This document shows positions 28,451 to 38,057 of a DNA stretch of 64,000 nt, piece after piece. Under the pieces are notes generated by a model. That model was not told where the DNA came from and did no database searches. It worked only from the letters and a program-made list of their open reading frames with translations. The translations under genes and the position numbers were made by a program. The DNA is taken from NCBI RefSeq assembly GCF_023264855.1, contig NZ_JAHFUW010000020.1:538-64537 (forward strand), read 5' to 3'. The stretch comes from Herbiconiux sp. Its GTDB lineage: Bacteria > Actinomycetota > Actinomycetes > Actinomycetales > Microbacteriaceae. The first letter of the stretch is position 1; every line of letters begins with the position of its first letter.

Positions 28451-30757
28451 GAACGGCAGCAGCCGGGCACGGGAGCGCTCGGCACGGCTCGCGCCGAGTT
28501 CCAGCGCCCTGATCAGCGCTTCGAGATCGCTCCGGATGCCGGCGCGCCGCACCGCATCCGTGCTCTCGGGATGCGCGTACTGCTCGAACTCCACCCGCAG
28601 CCGCAGTCGCTCGAGGGCGCCTTCGGGCAGCGTCAGCTCCTCCCGCACGCGCCGGTCGAGATCGTGCAGGGTGTCCCCCGCGGAGCGCTGCACCCGGTAG
28701 TCGTCGAGGGTGTCTTCGAGCTCGGTCCAGGCCAGGGTGCCCGGCAGAGCTGCGGTGTCGAGCTCGCGCAGACGCCGTCGCCGGAGCATCCGGCGCACTG
28801 AGAACGGCGCGAGGCCGATCACGGCGATCGCGCCCAGAATCGCGGCGAAGACCCCCCAGCCGCGTAGCTGACCGAGCGCGATCTGCTCGGGGCTCTGCGC
28901 GCCCTGCCCGTTCAGGATGTCGGGGCGTTCGTTGGGCGCGGCCGTCGAGGTGCTGCTCGGCTGAGATGTCGAGGCGCTGCCCGAGGCGCCGGCCTGCGCG
29001 TAGTCGGGGAGGCTGTAGTCGGGTGGGGTGATGTTCAGGCCCGGAGTGGGCTCGAAGGGCAGCCAGCCGATGCCGTCGAAGTACAGCTCGGGCCAAGCGT
29101 GCAGCTGATCGGTGTAGACCTCGTAGACGGGAAGGCCGTCGGCGGTGTCATCGGCCTGCTGCCCGGGTGCATAGCCCACGGCGATCCGTGACGGGATGCC
29201 GAGCGTGCGCGCCATCACGGCCATCGCGCCGGCGAAATGCACGCAGTAGCCCTCCTTCTGAGCCAGGAAGTCGGCGATGGCCAGCGCGTTGTCGCTGTCG
29301 TAGCCGTTGCTGACCGGAGCGGAGAGCGAATACCGGAACTCCCCTGACCGGAAGTACTCCTGCAGGGCCACGGCCTGGTCGTAGTTCGTGGCCGCTCCCC
29401 CGGCGACGGTGGCCGCGGTCTCGGCGATCACGGGCGGCAGATCCGGCGGCAGCGCCAGGAAGCCGCTGATCGCATCCGGCACCACGGCGCCCGCCGCTGC
29501 CAGCTGCTCGGCGGTCGGCTGGATGTCCAGGCCCGTGACCTGATAGTTCAAACCGCGCGTGTCGCCCCGCAGGTCGGTGACCGTGAAGGTGCCCGGGGTG
29601 AGCAGCCAGTCACCGCTCAGCTGCTCCACCTTCTGGGTCGGATACGGCAGCGGCAGCCAGTCGCTGCGCAGGGCCGCGATCGACACCGAGGTCGAGGACT
29701 GCACGGTGGGCACGTCGGCGGCCAGTCCGGGCGGCGTGCCGAAATCCTGCCCGTCGTAGCCCACCGCGTCGTAGGGCGACTCCGGCTCCCACAGGCCGGT
29801 CGAGAAATCGCCCAGGTTGACCATCTTGAGGTAGAGCCCCTCTTCGGAGGTCGTGCTGTAGGTCAGGGAGAGCAGGGGATCGCTGCGGCGCAGATCCCGG
29901 CCGAGCTGGATGGTGGGGTCGACCCCGGTGGCGTAGACCGAGGGGAATCGGCCGGTGCCCGACTCCTCGGCGAGTGAATCGGCGGTGAGGCCCGGCGTGA
30001 TCGCGGGCAGCACGACCATCGCGGCGATCGCGGCCACCGACATCCCGACCGCGAGCAGCGGGTTGCGACCGCCCCCGCCGCGCAGCCTCGGGCCGCGCGG
30101 CCCGTCGACACCGATCCGGGAGCCGCACCAGAGCATCAGCAGGAAGGCCGCCGCCGTGGCCACGTAGACCGGCACATTCGGGTCGACGTGCCGCACGAGC
30201 GGCGCCACCGCGAGCACGGCCAGCGGACCCAGCCCGCCGAGCACCGGCGCCCGCAGCCCGGTGGCGAGCCCGTCCGACACGATGGCGATCAGTCCGACCG
30301 CCATCACCATCAGCTGCAGGATGGGACCGTCGGCTACCGCCGGCACCTCCTGCTGGGCGATGGAGAGGCCCGCGTCGGCGAGATCGACCGAGAGGTCGGT
30401 GAGCGTGGCGGGTGTCGGGAAGACGAACCAGAGACTGTCACCGGCGTACAGCACCAGCACCAGGGCGGCCCACACCACCGCGCCCGCCGCGATCACCACC
30501 AACTCGGGTGCCCCCCAGGCCCGCAGCGCGGTCATCACCCCGAGCAGAAGCAGCACGATGCTCATCGTGGCGAACCACCAGCCGAGCCCCTGCAGCACGG
30601 GGGCGAGCCCGAGCAGGGCGGCCCCGAGGCACACGGCGACCGCCAGCGAGCTCTTCCAGGCGCCACTGCGGGCCTCGCGACGGATCTGGGGGGCGGGCCG
30701 GCGGTTGCCGGGGAGAGCACCGGAGGCGAACGGGCGGGCGGATCGGCGGGAGCTCAT
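28382..30757 (-). CDS. transglutaminase-domain membrane protein (TgpA/DUF3488-type)
   Basis: ATG at 30757 overlaps the DUF58 stop (ATGA). N-terminal multi-helix membrane domain. Transglutaminase core EGYCVHFAGAMAVMARTLGIPSRIAVGY...HAW. One further helix lies near the C-terminus. Confidence 0.85.
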   Translation of the reverse strand: MSSRRSARPFASGALPGNRRPAPQIRREARSGAWKSSLAVAVCLGAALLGLAPVLQGLGWWFATMSIVLLLLGVMTALRAWGAPELVVIAAGAVVWAALVLVLYAGDSLWFVFPTPATLTDLSVDLADAGLSIAQQEVPAVADGPILQLMVMAVGLIAIVSDGLATGLRAPVLGGLGPLAVLAVAPLVRHVDPNVPVYVATAAAFLLMLWCGSRIGVDGPRGPRLRGGGGRNPLLAVGMSVAAIAAMVVLPAITPGLTADSLAEESGTGRFPSVYATGVDPTIQLGRDLRRSDPLLSLTYSTTSEEGLYLKMVNLGDFSTGLWEPESPYDAVGYDGQDFGTPPGLAADVPTVQSSTSVSIAALRSDWLPLPYPTQKVEQLSGDWLLTPGTFTVTDLRGDTRGLNYQVTGLDIQPTAEQLAAAGAVVPDAISGFLALPPDLPPVIAETAATVAGGAATNYDQAVALQEYFRSGEFRYSLSAPVSNGYDSDNALAIADFLAQKEGYCVHFAGAMAVMARTLGIPSRIAVGYAPGQQADDTADGLPVYEVYTDQLHAWPELYFDGIGWLPFEPTPGLNITPPDYSLPDYAQAGASGSASTSQPSSTSTAAPNERPDILNGQGAQSPEQIALGQLRGWGVFAAILGAIAVIGLAPFSVRRMLRRRRLRELDTAALPGTLAWTELEDTLDDYRVQRSAGDTLHDLDRRVREELTLPEGALERLRLRVEFEQYAHPESTDAVRRAGIRSDLEALIRALELGASRAERSRARLLPFSLLSRLRGRRGRTTSAPGSLVP

Positions 30758-32094
30758 GCGATCCCCCGCGCCTCGCCGAGCGACCGCCACAGCTCCGCGA
30801 GCCGATCGGACGATCCCACGGGGACGACGTTCCAGCCGGCCTGCCGCAGTTCGAAACCGACGGCCCCCGGCCGGCCGACTACGAAGGCGACCGGATGCGA
30901 CGACATCGCCGCGAGATCGCGCAGCCGGGACGCGGCGAGCGGGCCGGCGCCGCCCCGGGGGCCGGGCCTCCCGGCGGGCTCGTCGCGCTCGGCGACCAGG
31001 GCGAACACGGGCGGCGCGTCGGGCGAGGTGAGGGAGGCCTCCGCGACGGCGGCGCGGAACGCATCCGCGTCGTCCGGCCCGTCGCTCCGCGCGAATGCCA
31101 GCTCACGCACCAGCGCCGACTGGCCGTGCGGGGCGAGGAACGAGCCGTCGGCCTGCGGCTCGTGCCGACCCAGGGAGTGCCCGACGATCCGCACGCCGTA
31201 GCCCTCGGTCACCAGGTGCACGCCGATCGACGCGGCGGCGCTCACCGCCCACTCGAAGGCCGCATCCGGTTCGCCGGCGCCCCGCTGGGAACGGCCGGCC
31301 GCCCTCTCCCGATCGGCGAAGGAGGCGGCGTCGAGCAGGATCACCGCGTCTTGGTCGTTGCGCTGATCGTCTTGCCGCACCATCAGCTCGCCGTGCTTGG
31401 CGGTGGCGGGCCAGTGCACCCGCCGGATGGAGTCGCCCGGCAGGTACTTGCGGGCGATCACGTCTTGCTCGCCGGCGCCGATGAGACGCCGGGAGACCTG
31501 CTCGGCGCCGTCGCCGGTGGCGAGCCGGAGGTCGATCCGGGCGAGCTCGAACACCTCGGGAGTCACCAGGACGGTGTCGGTCGAGCCGAAGGTCAAGCGC
31601 CGGAGGGCACAGCCGAAGGGATCGCTCAGCGTGAGGGTGAACGGCCCGATCTCGTGCGCTCCCCGCACCCGGGTGTCGAGCCGGTACCGCAGCTGCGTCA
31701 CGCCCGGCTCGTCCAGCGCCGAGGAGAGGTAGGCGGGCAGCGCGTCCAGCGCTGCCGGCGGGCTGGGCCGCACGGGGGCGGAGGCGCCCTCCGACCAGAC
31801 GGCGGCGGGGGTGCGCACGCTCCCCCAGTTCTGCAGGAAGGTGTTGACCACCACCAGCTGACCGACCGACCCCGACTCGGGGGCGAAGCGGCGGCGCACC
31901 GAGATGGCGATCCGGCGAAGCACCACCCAGGCGAACGAGAACACCGGTACGGCGAGCAGGAAGCAGGCGAGGTAGGCGAGCTCCTGGCGCCGGAACACCT
32001 GCGTGAGCACGAACACCACCACGGCGGCCGCGATCAGCCCCCAGCCGCGCGCGGTAGGCCGCGGAACGGAGCGAGGTGGGCGATGAGCGGCCAT
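30754..32094 (-). CDS. DUF58 domain protein (vWA-like partner of MoxR ATPases)
   Basis: Internal ATG at 32094, 10 nt after the MoxR stop. Two N-terminal helices. Contains RKYLPGDSIRRVHWPATAK. Confidence 0.8.
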   Translation of the reverse strand: MAAHRPPRSVPRPTARGWGLIAAAVVVFVLTQVFRRQELAYLACFLLAVPVFSFAWVVLRRIAISVRRRFAPESGSVGQLVVVNTFLQNWGSVRTPAAVWSEGASAPVRPSPPAALDALPAYLSSALDEPGVTQLRYRLDTRVRGAHEIGPFTLTLSDPFGCALRRLTFGSTDTVLVTPEVFELARIDLRLATGDGAEQVSRRLIGAGEQDVIARKYLPGDSIRRVHWPATAKHGELMVRQDDQRNDQDAVILLDAASFADRERAAGRSQRGAGEPDAAFEWAVSAAASIGVHLVTEGYGVRIVGHSLGRHEPQADGSFLAPHGQSALVRELAFARSDGPDDADAFRAAVAEASLTSPDAPPVFALVAERDEPAGRPGPRGGAGPLAASRLRDLAAMSSHPVAFVVGRPGAVGFELRQAGWNVVPVGSSDRLAELWRSLGEARGIA

Positions 32095-32104
32095 CGGCGC
32101 CGGA

Positions 32105-33124
32105 TCAGCTCGTGCGGGTTCTGCTGAGCGGCACCGGGGTGGCCGCCACGATCGCCCGCAGCGCGGTCGCGATGGCCTCGGCTCCGCCTCCGCGGGCGTC
32201 ACTGGCCGCTCGCCGCGTGGCGACGATGCGGTGGGCGAGCACGGGCACCACGAGCTGGTTCACGTCGTCGGGCACCACGAACTCGCGACCGCTCAGGGCG
32301 GCCAGCACCTTCGCGGCGCGCACCAGGTGCAGGGTGCCGCGCGGGCTGGATCCCAGACGGAACTCCGGGTGCCCCCGCGTGGCCTGCACGATCGACACCA
32401 CATACGACTCCACCGCACGGCTGACGTAGATGGAGCGGGCGGTGAGGATCATCGCCGCGAGTTGCGGCTTGTCGACCACCGGCCGCAGCGCATCCAGCGG
32501 GCTGACGCTCTCGCGGTTGTGCAGCATGATGAGCTCGGCGGCGGCATCCGGGTACCCCATCGAGATGCGGGCCATGAAACGGTCGCGCTGCGCCTCGGGG
32601 AGAGCGTAGGTGCCCTCCATCTCGATCGGGTTCTGGGTGGCCACCACGATGAACGGGGGTTCGAGCGGATGCGTGGTGCCATCGATCGACACCTGCCCCT
32701 CTTCCATGCACTCCAGGAGCGCCGACTGGGTCTTCGGCGAGGCGCGGTTGATCTCGTCGGCGATCACGATGTTGGCGAACACCGCGCCGCGCTTGAACTC
32801 GAAGGCGTGGTCGACCTGGTTGTAGATCGAGACGCCCGTGACGTCGGAGGGAAGCAGGTCGGGGGTGAACTGGATGCGGCTGACGGTGCATCCGACGCTC
32901 GTCGCCAACGCCTTGGCCAGGGTGGTCTTGCCCACGCCGGGCACGTCTTCGACCAGCAGGTGACCCTCGGCGATCAGCACGATCAGCGCGAGGGTCGCCG
33001 CCTCGGTCTTGCCGTCGATGACGCTCTCGAGGTTGGCCATGATCGCCGAGGTGTGACCGCCGAACTCCTCCAGCGTGAGCGGGGCGGCGGCGAACCCGGC
33101 CGCGGCGGCGGCTTCGGGCGTCAC
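32105..33124 (-). CDS. moxR: MoxR family AAA+ ATPase
   Basis: GTG at 33124 overlaps the upstream stop (GTGA). Walker A GVPGVGKT, Walker B VIADEINRA, and TQNPIEMEGTYALPEAQRDRF. Confidence 0.95.
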   Translation of the reverse strand: MTPEAAAAAGFAAAPLTLEEFGGHTSAIMANLESVIDGKTEAATLALIVLIAEGHLLVEDVPGVGKTTLAKALATSVGCTVSRIQFTPDLLPSDVTGVSIYNQVDHAFEFKRGAVFANIVIADEINRASPKTQSALLECMEEGQVSIDGTTHPLEPPFIVVATQNPIEMEGTYALPEAQRDRFMARISMGYPDAAAELIMLHNRESVSPLDALRPVVDKPQLAAMILTARSIYVSRAVESYVVSIVQATRGHPEFRLGSSPRGTLHLVRAAKVLAALSGREFVVPDDVNQLVVPVLAHRIVATRRAASDARGGGAEAIATALRAIVAATPVPLSRTRTS

Positions 33125-33564
33125 GGGCGGCGATCCGAGCGTCGGACCGCGCGACGGTCGGAGCGGGAGGCCAGCAGGAAGATGCTGCCCACGAGGGTGC
33201 CGAGGCCGAGCACGATCAGCCACGGCGAGAACTGCATGGCAACGATGGAGAAGTAGTCGGGGCCGCCGCCCTCGGTGCCGTAGTAGGAGCGGGCGCCATA
33301 GGCCATCCCGGCGATGCCGAAGACCACGAAGACGGCACCGGCGACCCAGATGGCGATCAGGAAGCGGTCGATGTACCGCACGGGCGCCTGCAGAGGCTCC
33401 TCCCCGTTCTGCTCGCCGTCGAACAGACGCGGGTCGTCGCGATCGGGAACGCTCAGGCCGAACGGATCGAACTCCTCGGATGCGGCCGGCCTGTCGTCGA
33501 ACCCGGGTTGGAAGGCCACGTCGAACCTCGAATCGAACCCGCGGTCACTGCTGGTCTCGCGCAC
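33121..33564 (-). CDS. hypothetical membrane protein (acidic N-terminus, 2 helices), translationally coupled to moxR
   Basis: 147 aa with a GTG start. Natural composition. Helices FLIAIWVAGAVFVVFGIAGMAY and WLIVLGLGTLVGSIFLLA. Confidence 0.6.
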   Translation of the reverse strand: MRETSSDRGFDSRFDVAFQPGFDDRPAASEEFDPFGLSVPDRDDPRLFDGEQNGEEPLQAPVRYIDRFLIAIWVAGAVFVVFGIAGMAYGARSYYGTEGGGPDYFSIVAMQFSPWLIVLGLGTLVGSIFLLASRSDRRAVRRSDRRP

Positions 33565-33671
33565 GCTGCTCCTTGAGTGTCGGATCGAGGCGCCGTCGTC
33601 GCCGCCGTCCTCCCACGATAGGCGGACCCTCCGTCATCCGCGACCCTGCGGATTCCCAGCTACGCCAGGGC

Positions 33672-34139
33672 TCAGGCCGCGAACTTGACGATCGCGAAGG
33701 CCACCAGGGCGGCGGTGCCGGCGATCAACGCCGTCCAGCCGAGAATCTGCACGAGGCGACGGCCGGTGAACCGCTCCCAGAACGAGTGCAGTTCGGGCCG
33801 GTAGAACTGCGCCTGCTCCGGCCGCACCGGTGCGCTCGGGAGTGCCGCTGCACGGCGACTCGGGAGTGCCTCTGCAGGGCGAGGCGCGAGTGCCTCTGCA
33901 GGGCGAGGCGCGAGTGCCTCTGCAGGGCGAGGCGCGAGTGCCTCTGCAGGGCGAGGCGCGTTCACGTGACGGGACGCGCGGAGGGGCAGCGCATCCGGAG
34001 CCTGTGCGCTGTCGCTCTCGGGCCGGATGCGGCTCAGACGGGCCGCCGATCGCGGGGAAGCCGCGCGCTCGGCAGTATCCGGTGCTCCCGCCGCGAAGTG
34101 TTCGAGGGCGTCGAAAGTGAGCGGGTCGGCGCTGGACAT
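33672..34139 (-). CDS. hypothetical tail-anchored protein with (APRPAEAL)n repeat
   Basis: Internal ATG at 34139 of ORF 33672..34382. One C-terminal helix, ILGWTALIAGTAALVAFAIV. Contains the 24-bp tandem repeat. Confidence 0.5.
   Translation of the reverse strand: MSSADPLTFDALEHFAAGAPDTAERAASPRSAARLSRIRPESDSAQAPDALPLRASRHVNAPRPAEALAPRPAEALAPRPAEALAPRPAEALPSRRAAALPSAPVRPEQAQFYRPELHSFWERFTGRRLVQILGWTALIAGTAALVAFAIVKFAA
33840..33959. repeat. 24-bp tandem repeat: 4 perfect units plus 1 degenerate unit
   Basis: Unit GAGTGCCTCTGCAGGGCGAGGCGC occupies 33864-33959 as four perfect copies. A degenerate unit lies at 33840-33863. Confidence 0.9.
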
Positions 34140-34399
34140 GTCTCTCCTCGTGCAGGGCTGCGGATCGCCTGCGCCGGGATGGGTGGTCCACGACTGTGCG
34201 GCCGAGCTGATCTTCGTCTGTAGCATAGCGATGGCCGACGGAGATGCGAAATTCATGCGCTGTTCACGCCCCGTGCACGCCCGCCGATTGGCGGCCGGGA
34301 GGGCCTCATCCGCGTGGGCTTGGCGGTTGAGTCGTGCTCGGCACGGTCTCAGGATGGGTGCAGGCCACAACGCCGTGGCCACGACCGATGGAGGTCAGC

Positions 34400-35374
34400 A
34401 TGACGACACACACCAACCCCGCTCCCCCGTTCGACGTCGAACTCCAAGCCGTGCTCGCCGCCGTCGGCGAGATGCTGCCGTCGACCGTCACCCCGGAGCT
34501 GATCGGCCCGCTGCGGCAGGGCGGGCTGGGCGCCCCGCCGATCTCCGACCTCATCGGAGACCGGCCGATCCGGCATGAGGAGCGCATCGTGGCAGGGCCC
34601 GAGGGCGCACCCGACATCACGGTGTCCATCTTCAGCCGCACCGATCACGTCGCCGGAGGCCCGGGGATCTACCACACGCACGGCGGCGGGATGATCATCG
34701 GCGACCGATTCACCGGTGCGGACGAATTCCTCTCCTGGGTGCTGGAGTTCGACGCCGTCGTCGTGTCGGTGGAGTACCGGCTCGCACCCGAGAACCCCGA
34801 CCCGGCGCCCGTCGACGACTGCTATGCCGGACTGGTGTGGTTCGCCGACCATGCCGAGGAGCTCGGTGTCGACCCGCACCGCGTCGTCATCGGCGGAGCC
34901 AGCGCCGGCGGCGGGCTCGCGGCGGGTGTGGCGCTGAAAGCCCGCGATCTCGGCGGCCCCGCACTCGCCGGGCAGCTGCTGATCTACCCGATGCTCGACG
35001 ACCGCAACGAGACGATCTCGAGCCGGCAGATCGACGGCTTCGGCGTGTGGGACCGCGGGAGCAACGACACGGGCTGGAACGCCTTGCTCGGAGACCGTCG
35101 GAAGACCGACGACGTATCGATCTATGCGGCGCCCGCTCGAGCATCCGACCTCAGCGGACTGGCTCCCGCCTTCATCGACGTGGCCACGGCCGAGGTGTTC
35201 CGCGACGAGGACGTCGCGTACGCGACCCGCATCTGGGAGCAGGGCGGCATCGCCGAGCTGCACGTCTGGCCGGGCGGATTCCACGGATTCGACGCCATGG
35301 CGCCGCAGGCGGCGCTCTCGCTGGAGGCCAGGGCGGCCCGCGTGGCGTGGCTGCGCCGCATCCTCGGCTCCTGA
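34400..35374 (+). CDS. alpha/beta hydrolase, hormone-sensitive-lipase-type esterase
   Basis: ATG at 34400, 5 nt after GGAGG. HGGG oxyanion motif (THGGGMIIG), nucleophile GASAGG and a downstream HGF. The alternative start at 34388 is less likely. Confidence 0.85.
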   Translation: MTTHTNPAPPFDVELQAVLAAVGEMLPSTVTPELIGPLRQGGLGAPPISDLIGDRPIRHEERIVAGPEGAPDITVSIFSRTDHVAGGPGIYHTHGGGMIIGDRFTGADEFLSWVLEFDAVVVSVEYRLAPENPDPAPVDDCYAGLVWFADHAEELGVDPHRVVIGGASAGGGLAAGVALKARDLGGPALAGQLLIYPMLDDRNETISSRQIDGFGVWDRGSNDTGWNALLGDRRKTDDVSIYAAPARASDLSGLAPAFIDVATAEVFRDEDVAYATRIWEQGGIAELHVWPGGFHGFDAMAPQAALSLEARAARVAWLRRILGS

Positions 35375-35458
35375 ACCGGTTCTCTGCCCCGCCCTCGCCC
35401 GCGCCCTCGCCGTCGCGGGTTAGGGTGGGGCAGACGACAGCTAGCGGGAACGGCGACG

Positions 35459-36475
35459 ATGCAGGAACTCGTGGGTCGACTGACGGCTCTAGACGCCACA
35501 GCGACGGAATCACTCAAGGTCATCTCGTACTTCGACGCGCTCGTCGACGGCCACGCGAACGTCGAGGTTCTGCTGCGTGGCGCCGCGATCCTGAGCGGAT
35601 GCGCCGCCGGCTTCAGCGTGGACGGGCGCACCGTGCGTGTCGACGACTCGGGCGCGCGCCGAGCCGGCCCGCCGGGCGACTGGGCCTCCCACGCCTTCGG
35701 CGACGGGGGCCGCGCCTGGATCGAGCGTGACGGAGCGCCCCACACCAACGACGCCATGATCCTGGAGCGGCTGGCGCTCGCGCTCGACATCGCCGTCGAG
35801 CGCACGTCCCCCACGGCGGCCTCTCGCCGCGCCCTCGAGTCCGTCCTGGATCCCGACAGCACCGCCGAGGCGCGGTCGTCCGCGATCGCGCGGTTGCGTC
35901 TGGACGCCGGATCGGCCTATCGGGCAGTCGCCGTGCCGGCCTCCACGGCCTGGAGCATGACCGATTCCCCGAGCGTCGTGCTGCGGACCCCGGTCGGATC
36001 GGTGCGCGCCCTGATTCTGGAAGCGCGCGCCGCAAACGCTCTCGACCGTGCGGGGCAGGAGCGGATGGGTATCGGCCCCGCCGTCGCACCGGAAGCGCTC
36101 GACACGTCGTGGGCATCGGCTCTGGTGGCTCTCCGTCTCACCTCGCTCCGGGAACCCGTGCAGGAGGCCGATCGGCTCGGCGTGATCCTGGCGCTGGCGG
36201 AGTCGGAGCACGCGGCCCGCACCGCTCCGGATGTCGATGCGGTGGCGGAGCTGATCCGCACGCAGCCCCAGCTGGAGCCGTTCCTGGATGCCCTGGCCGA
36301 GGCCGAGAGCGTGCGCGCGGCCGCCCAGCAGTTGCGGCTGCACCACTCCACGGTGCAGGCCAAGGTGACGGCCCTCGAGCACTCGCTCGGTTTCGACGTG
36401 CGCACCCCACGAGGCCGCGTGCGTCTCACTCTGGCGCTCGCCCTCCACCGCCTGGCCCAGAACCGCTTCGACTGA
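35459..36475 (+). CDS. PucR-like helix-turn-helix regulator
   Basis: 338 aa. C-terminal HTH LRLHHSTVQAKVTALEHSLGFDVRTPRGR. Confidence 0.65.
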   Translation: MQELVGRLTALDATATESLKVISYFDALVDGHANVEVLLRGAAILSGCAAGFSVDGRTVRVDDSGARRAGPPGDWASHAFGDGGRAWIERDGAPHTNDAMILERLALALDIAVERTSPTAASRRALESVLDPDSTAEARSSAIARLRLDAGSAYRAVAVPASTAWSMTDSPSVVLRTPVGSVRALILEARAANALDRAGQERMGIGPAVAPEALDTSWASALVALRLTSLREPVQEADRLGVILALAESEHAARTAPDVDAVAELIRTQPQLEPFLDALAEAESVRAAAQQLRLHHSTVQAKVTALEHSLGFDVRTPRGRVRLTLALALHRLAQNRFD

Positions 36476-36600
36476 CCGGCCCACGCCTACCGGCCAGACC
36501 GCCCCGACCGGTATTCCTTGTCGTCACGGCGCTGCACGCGGACGTGCTCCGGCTCTCGTCGGTCCCCCATGCGCACGACCGCACCCCTCGAGACCTCCGG

Positions 36601-36674
36601 TAGGGCGGACGGGACTTGAACCCGTGACCGACGGATTATGAGTCCGCTGCTCTAACCAGCTGAGCTACCGCCCC
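36601..36674 (-). tRNA. tRNA-Met (anticodon CAT), elongator type
   Basis: Reverse complement GGGGCGG..CCGCCCT acceptor stem and GCGGA-CTCATAA-TCCGT anticodon arm. It lacks the three G-C pairs and the 1-72 mismatch of initiator tRNA. An Ile2 (lysidine) identity cannot be excluded. Confidence 0.85.
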
Positions 36675-36757
36675 GTGGGCGCAGCATCCGGAACCCGGGG
36701 CGCGACCGCGAGACCACGATACCGTCTCGGGGAGGCCGTGCCGGGCAACGGGGCCGG

Positions 36758-37984
36758 TCAGGACGAGGGCGCGTCGGTGTCGGGCACGTGCGCCGGCGGC
36801 ACGACGCGGGGGTCGGTGACGGGCTCGCCTCGATAGAGGTGCTCGAACGTCGTGAGGGTGCGGTCGATGTCGTGAGCCGCGACGATCGAGAGCGACTCGT
36901 TCTTCATCGCGTCGAAGCCCTCTTGCGGAGCGCGGAGCACCGTCTCGAGTTTGGCGGCCAGATCCTTCGCATTACCCGGGGTGAACAGGTATCCGTTCTG
37001 GCCGTCGTGCACGAGGTGCGGCAACGCCATCGCGTCGGCGGCCACCACGGGCAGGCCACTGGCCATGGCCTCCATCGTGGCGATGCTCTGCAGCTCGGCG
37101 ATCGAGGGCATGGCGAACACCGTCGAGCGCGTGTAGGCGCGGCGCAGCTCCTCTTCGGTGACGTACCCCGTGAAGGTGGTGCGGTCGCCGATGCCGAGCT
37201 GGTTGGCCATCGTCTGCAGGTTCTTCAGCTGGTCGCCGCCGCCCACGATCTCGAGTTGCACGTTCAGGTCGGCCGGCAGAAGCTTCACCGCGTTCAGCAG
37301 CACGTCGATGTGCTTCTCACCGGTGACCCGGCCCACGAACAGGATGCGGTTCTCGGTGCGCGGAGTGAAATCGGCCTGGTAGTTGTCGACGTTGATGCCG
37401 CAGGAGATGGCGTAGATGTTCTGGATGCCGGTGGCCTTCTCGAAGAAGTCGGCCGCACGGCGTGTGGGAGCGGTCACGGCGTCGGCGCGGATGAACGACC
37501 GGCGGGCCGCCGCCCAGGCCAGGCCGATCGCCCAGTCCTGCAGGAACTTCGGGATGCCGGTGAAGGCCATCATGTTCTCGGGCATCACGTGATTGGTTCC
37601 GACGATGCGGATGCCGCGCTTCTTCGCCTCGCTCGAGACGCCGCGGCCCACGATGATGTGCGACTGGAAGTGCACCACATCCGGCTTCACCTCGTCGATG
37701 ATGCGGGCGCTGTTCTGCTGGATCCGCCACGGCAGCGCGAAGGTGAGCCAGTCGTGCGGGTACCAGCGCCAGCTGTAGAGCCGGTGCACGGTGATCTTCT
37801 GGCCGTCGTAGATCTCGGTGCGGGTGCCGACGGGCTGCTTGGCCGAGGGCGAAACCACGTGCACGTCGTGCCCGCGCGAGGCGAGGCCCGAGGCGAGGTG
37901 CTCGGAGAAGCGAGCGGATCCGTTCACGTCGGGCGAGAACGTGTCGGCTCCGATCAGGATGCGGAGCGGCCGGGAGTCTGTCAA
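36758..37984 (-). CDS. glycosyltransferase family 4 (GT-B, GT1/GT4)
   Basis: 408 aa with a TTG start. N-terminal RILIGADTFSPDVNG. C-terminal E...E region (PSIAELQSIATMEAMASGLPVV). Confidence 0.9.
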   Translation of the reverse strand: MTDSRPLRILIGADTFSPDVNGSARFSEHLASGLASRGHDVHVVSPSAKQPVGTRTEIYDGQKITVHRLYSWRWYPHDWLTFALPWRIQQNSARIIDEVKPDVVHFQSHIIVGRGVSSEAKKRGIRIVGTNHVMPENMMAFTGIPKFLQDWAIGLAWAAARRSFIRADAVTAPTRRAADFFEKATGIQNIYAISCGINVDNYQADFTPRTENRILFVGRVTGEKHIDVLLNAVKLLPADLNVQLEIVGGGDQLKNLQTMANQLGIGDRTTFTGYVTEEELRRAYTRSTVFAMPSIAELQSIATMEAMASGLPVVAADAMALPHLVHDGQNGYLFTPGNAKDLAAKLETVLRAPQEGFDAMKNESLSIVAAHDIDRTLTTFEHLYRGEPVTDPRVVPPAHVPDTDAPSS

Positions 37985-38057
37985 ACCGTGTCTTTCTCAG
38001 GGGTCTGGCTCAGGGTGGTCTGGCGGGGATTCGCCGAGGGCTAGCTACGAAACTACC

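Noticed and set aside
33840-33959. A possible CRISPR array (also considered for the 17-nt repeat at 39591-39658)
   Set aside because: The repeats are directly abutting, with no spacers. The units are only 24 and 17 nt, there are only 4-5 copies, they lie in or at the end of genes, and no cas genes are present.
30188-34223. Several long + strand ORFs (337, 256, 571, 341 and 382 aa)
   Set aside because: They lie opposite the TgpA/DUF58/MoxR/membrane-protein operon, whose minus-strand products carry Walker, transglutaminase and DUF58 motifs. The + strand products are Arg/Pro/Gly-rich with no motifs.
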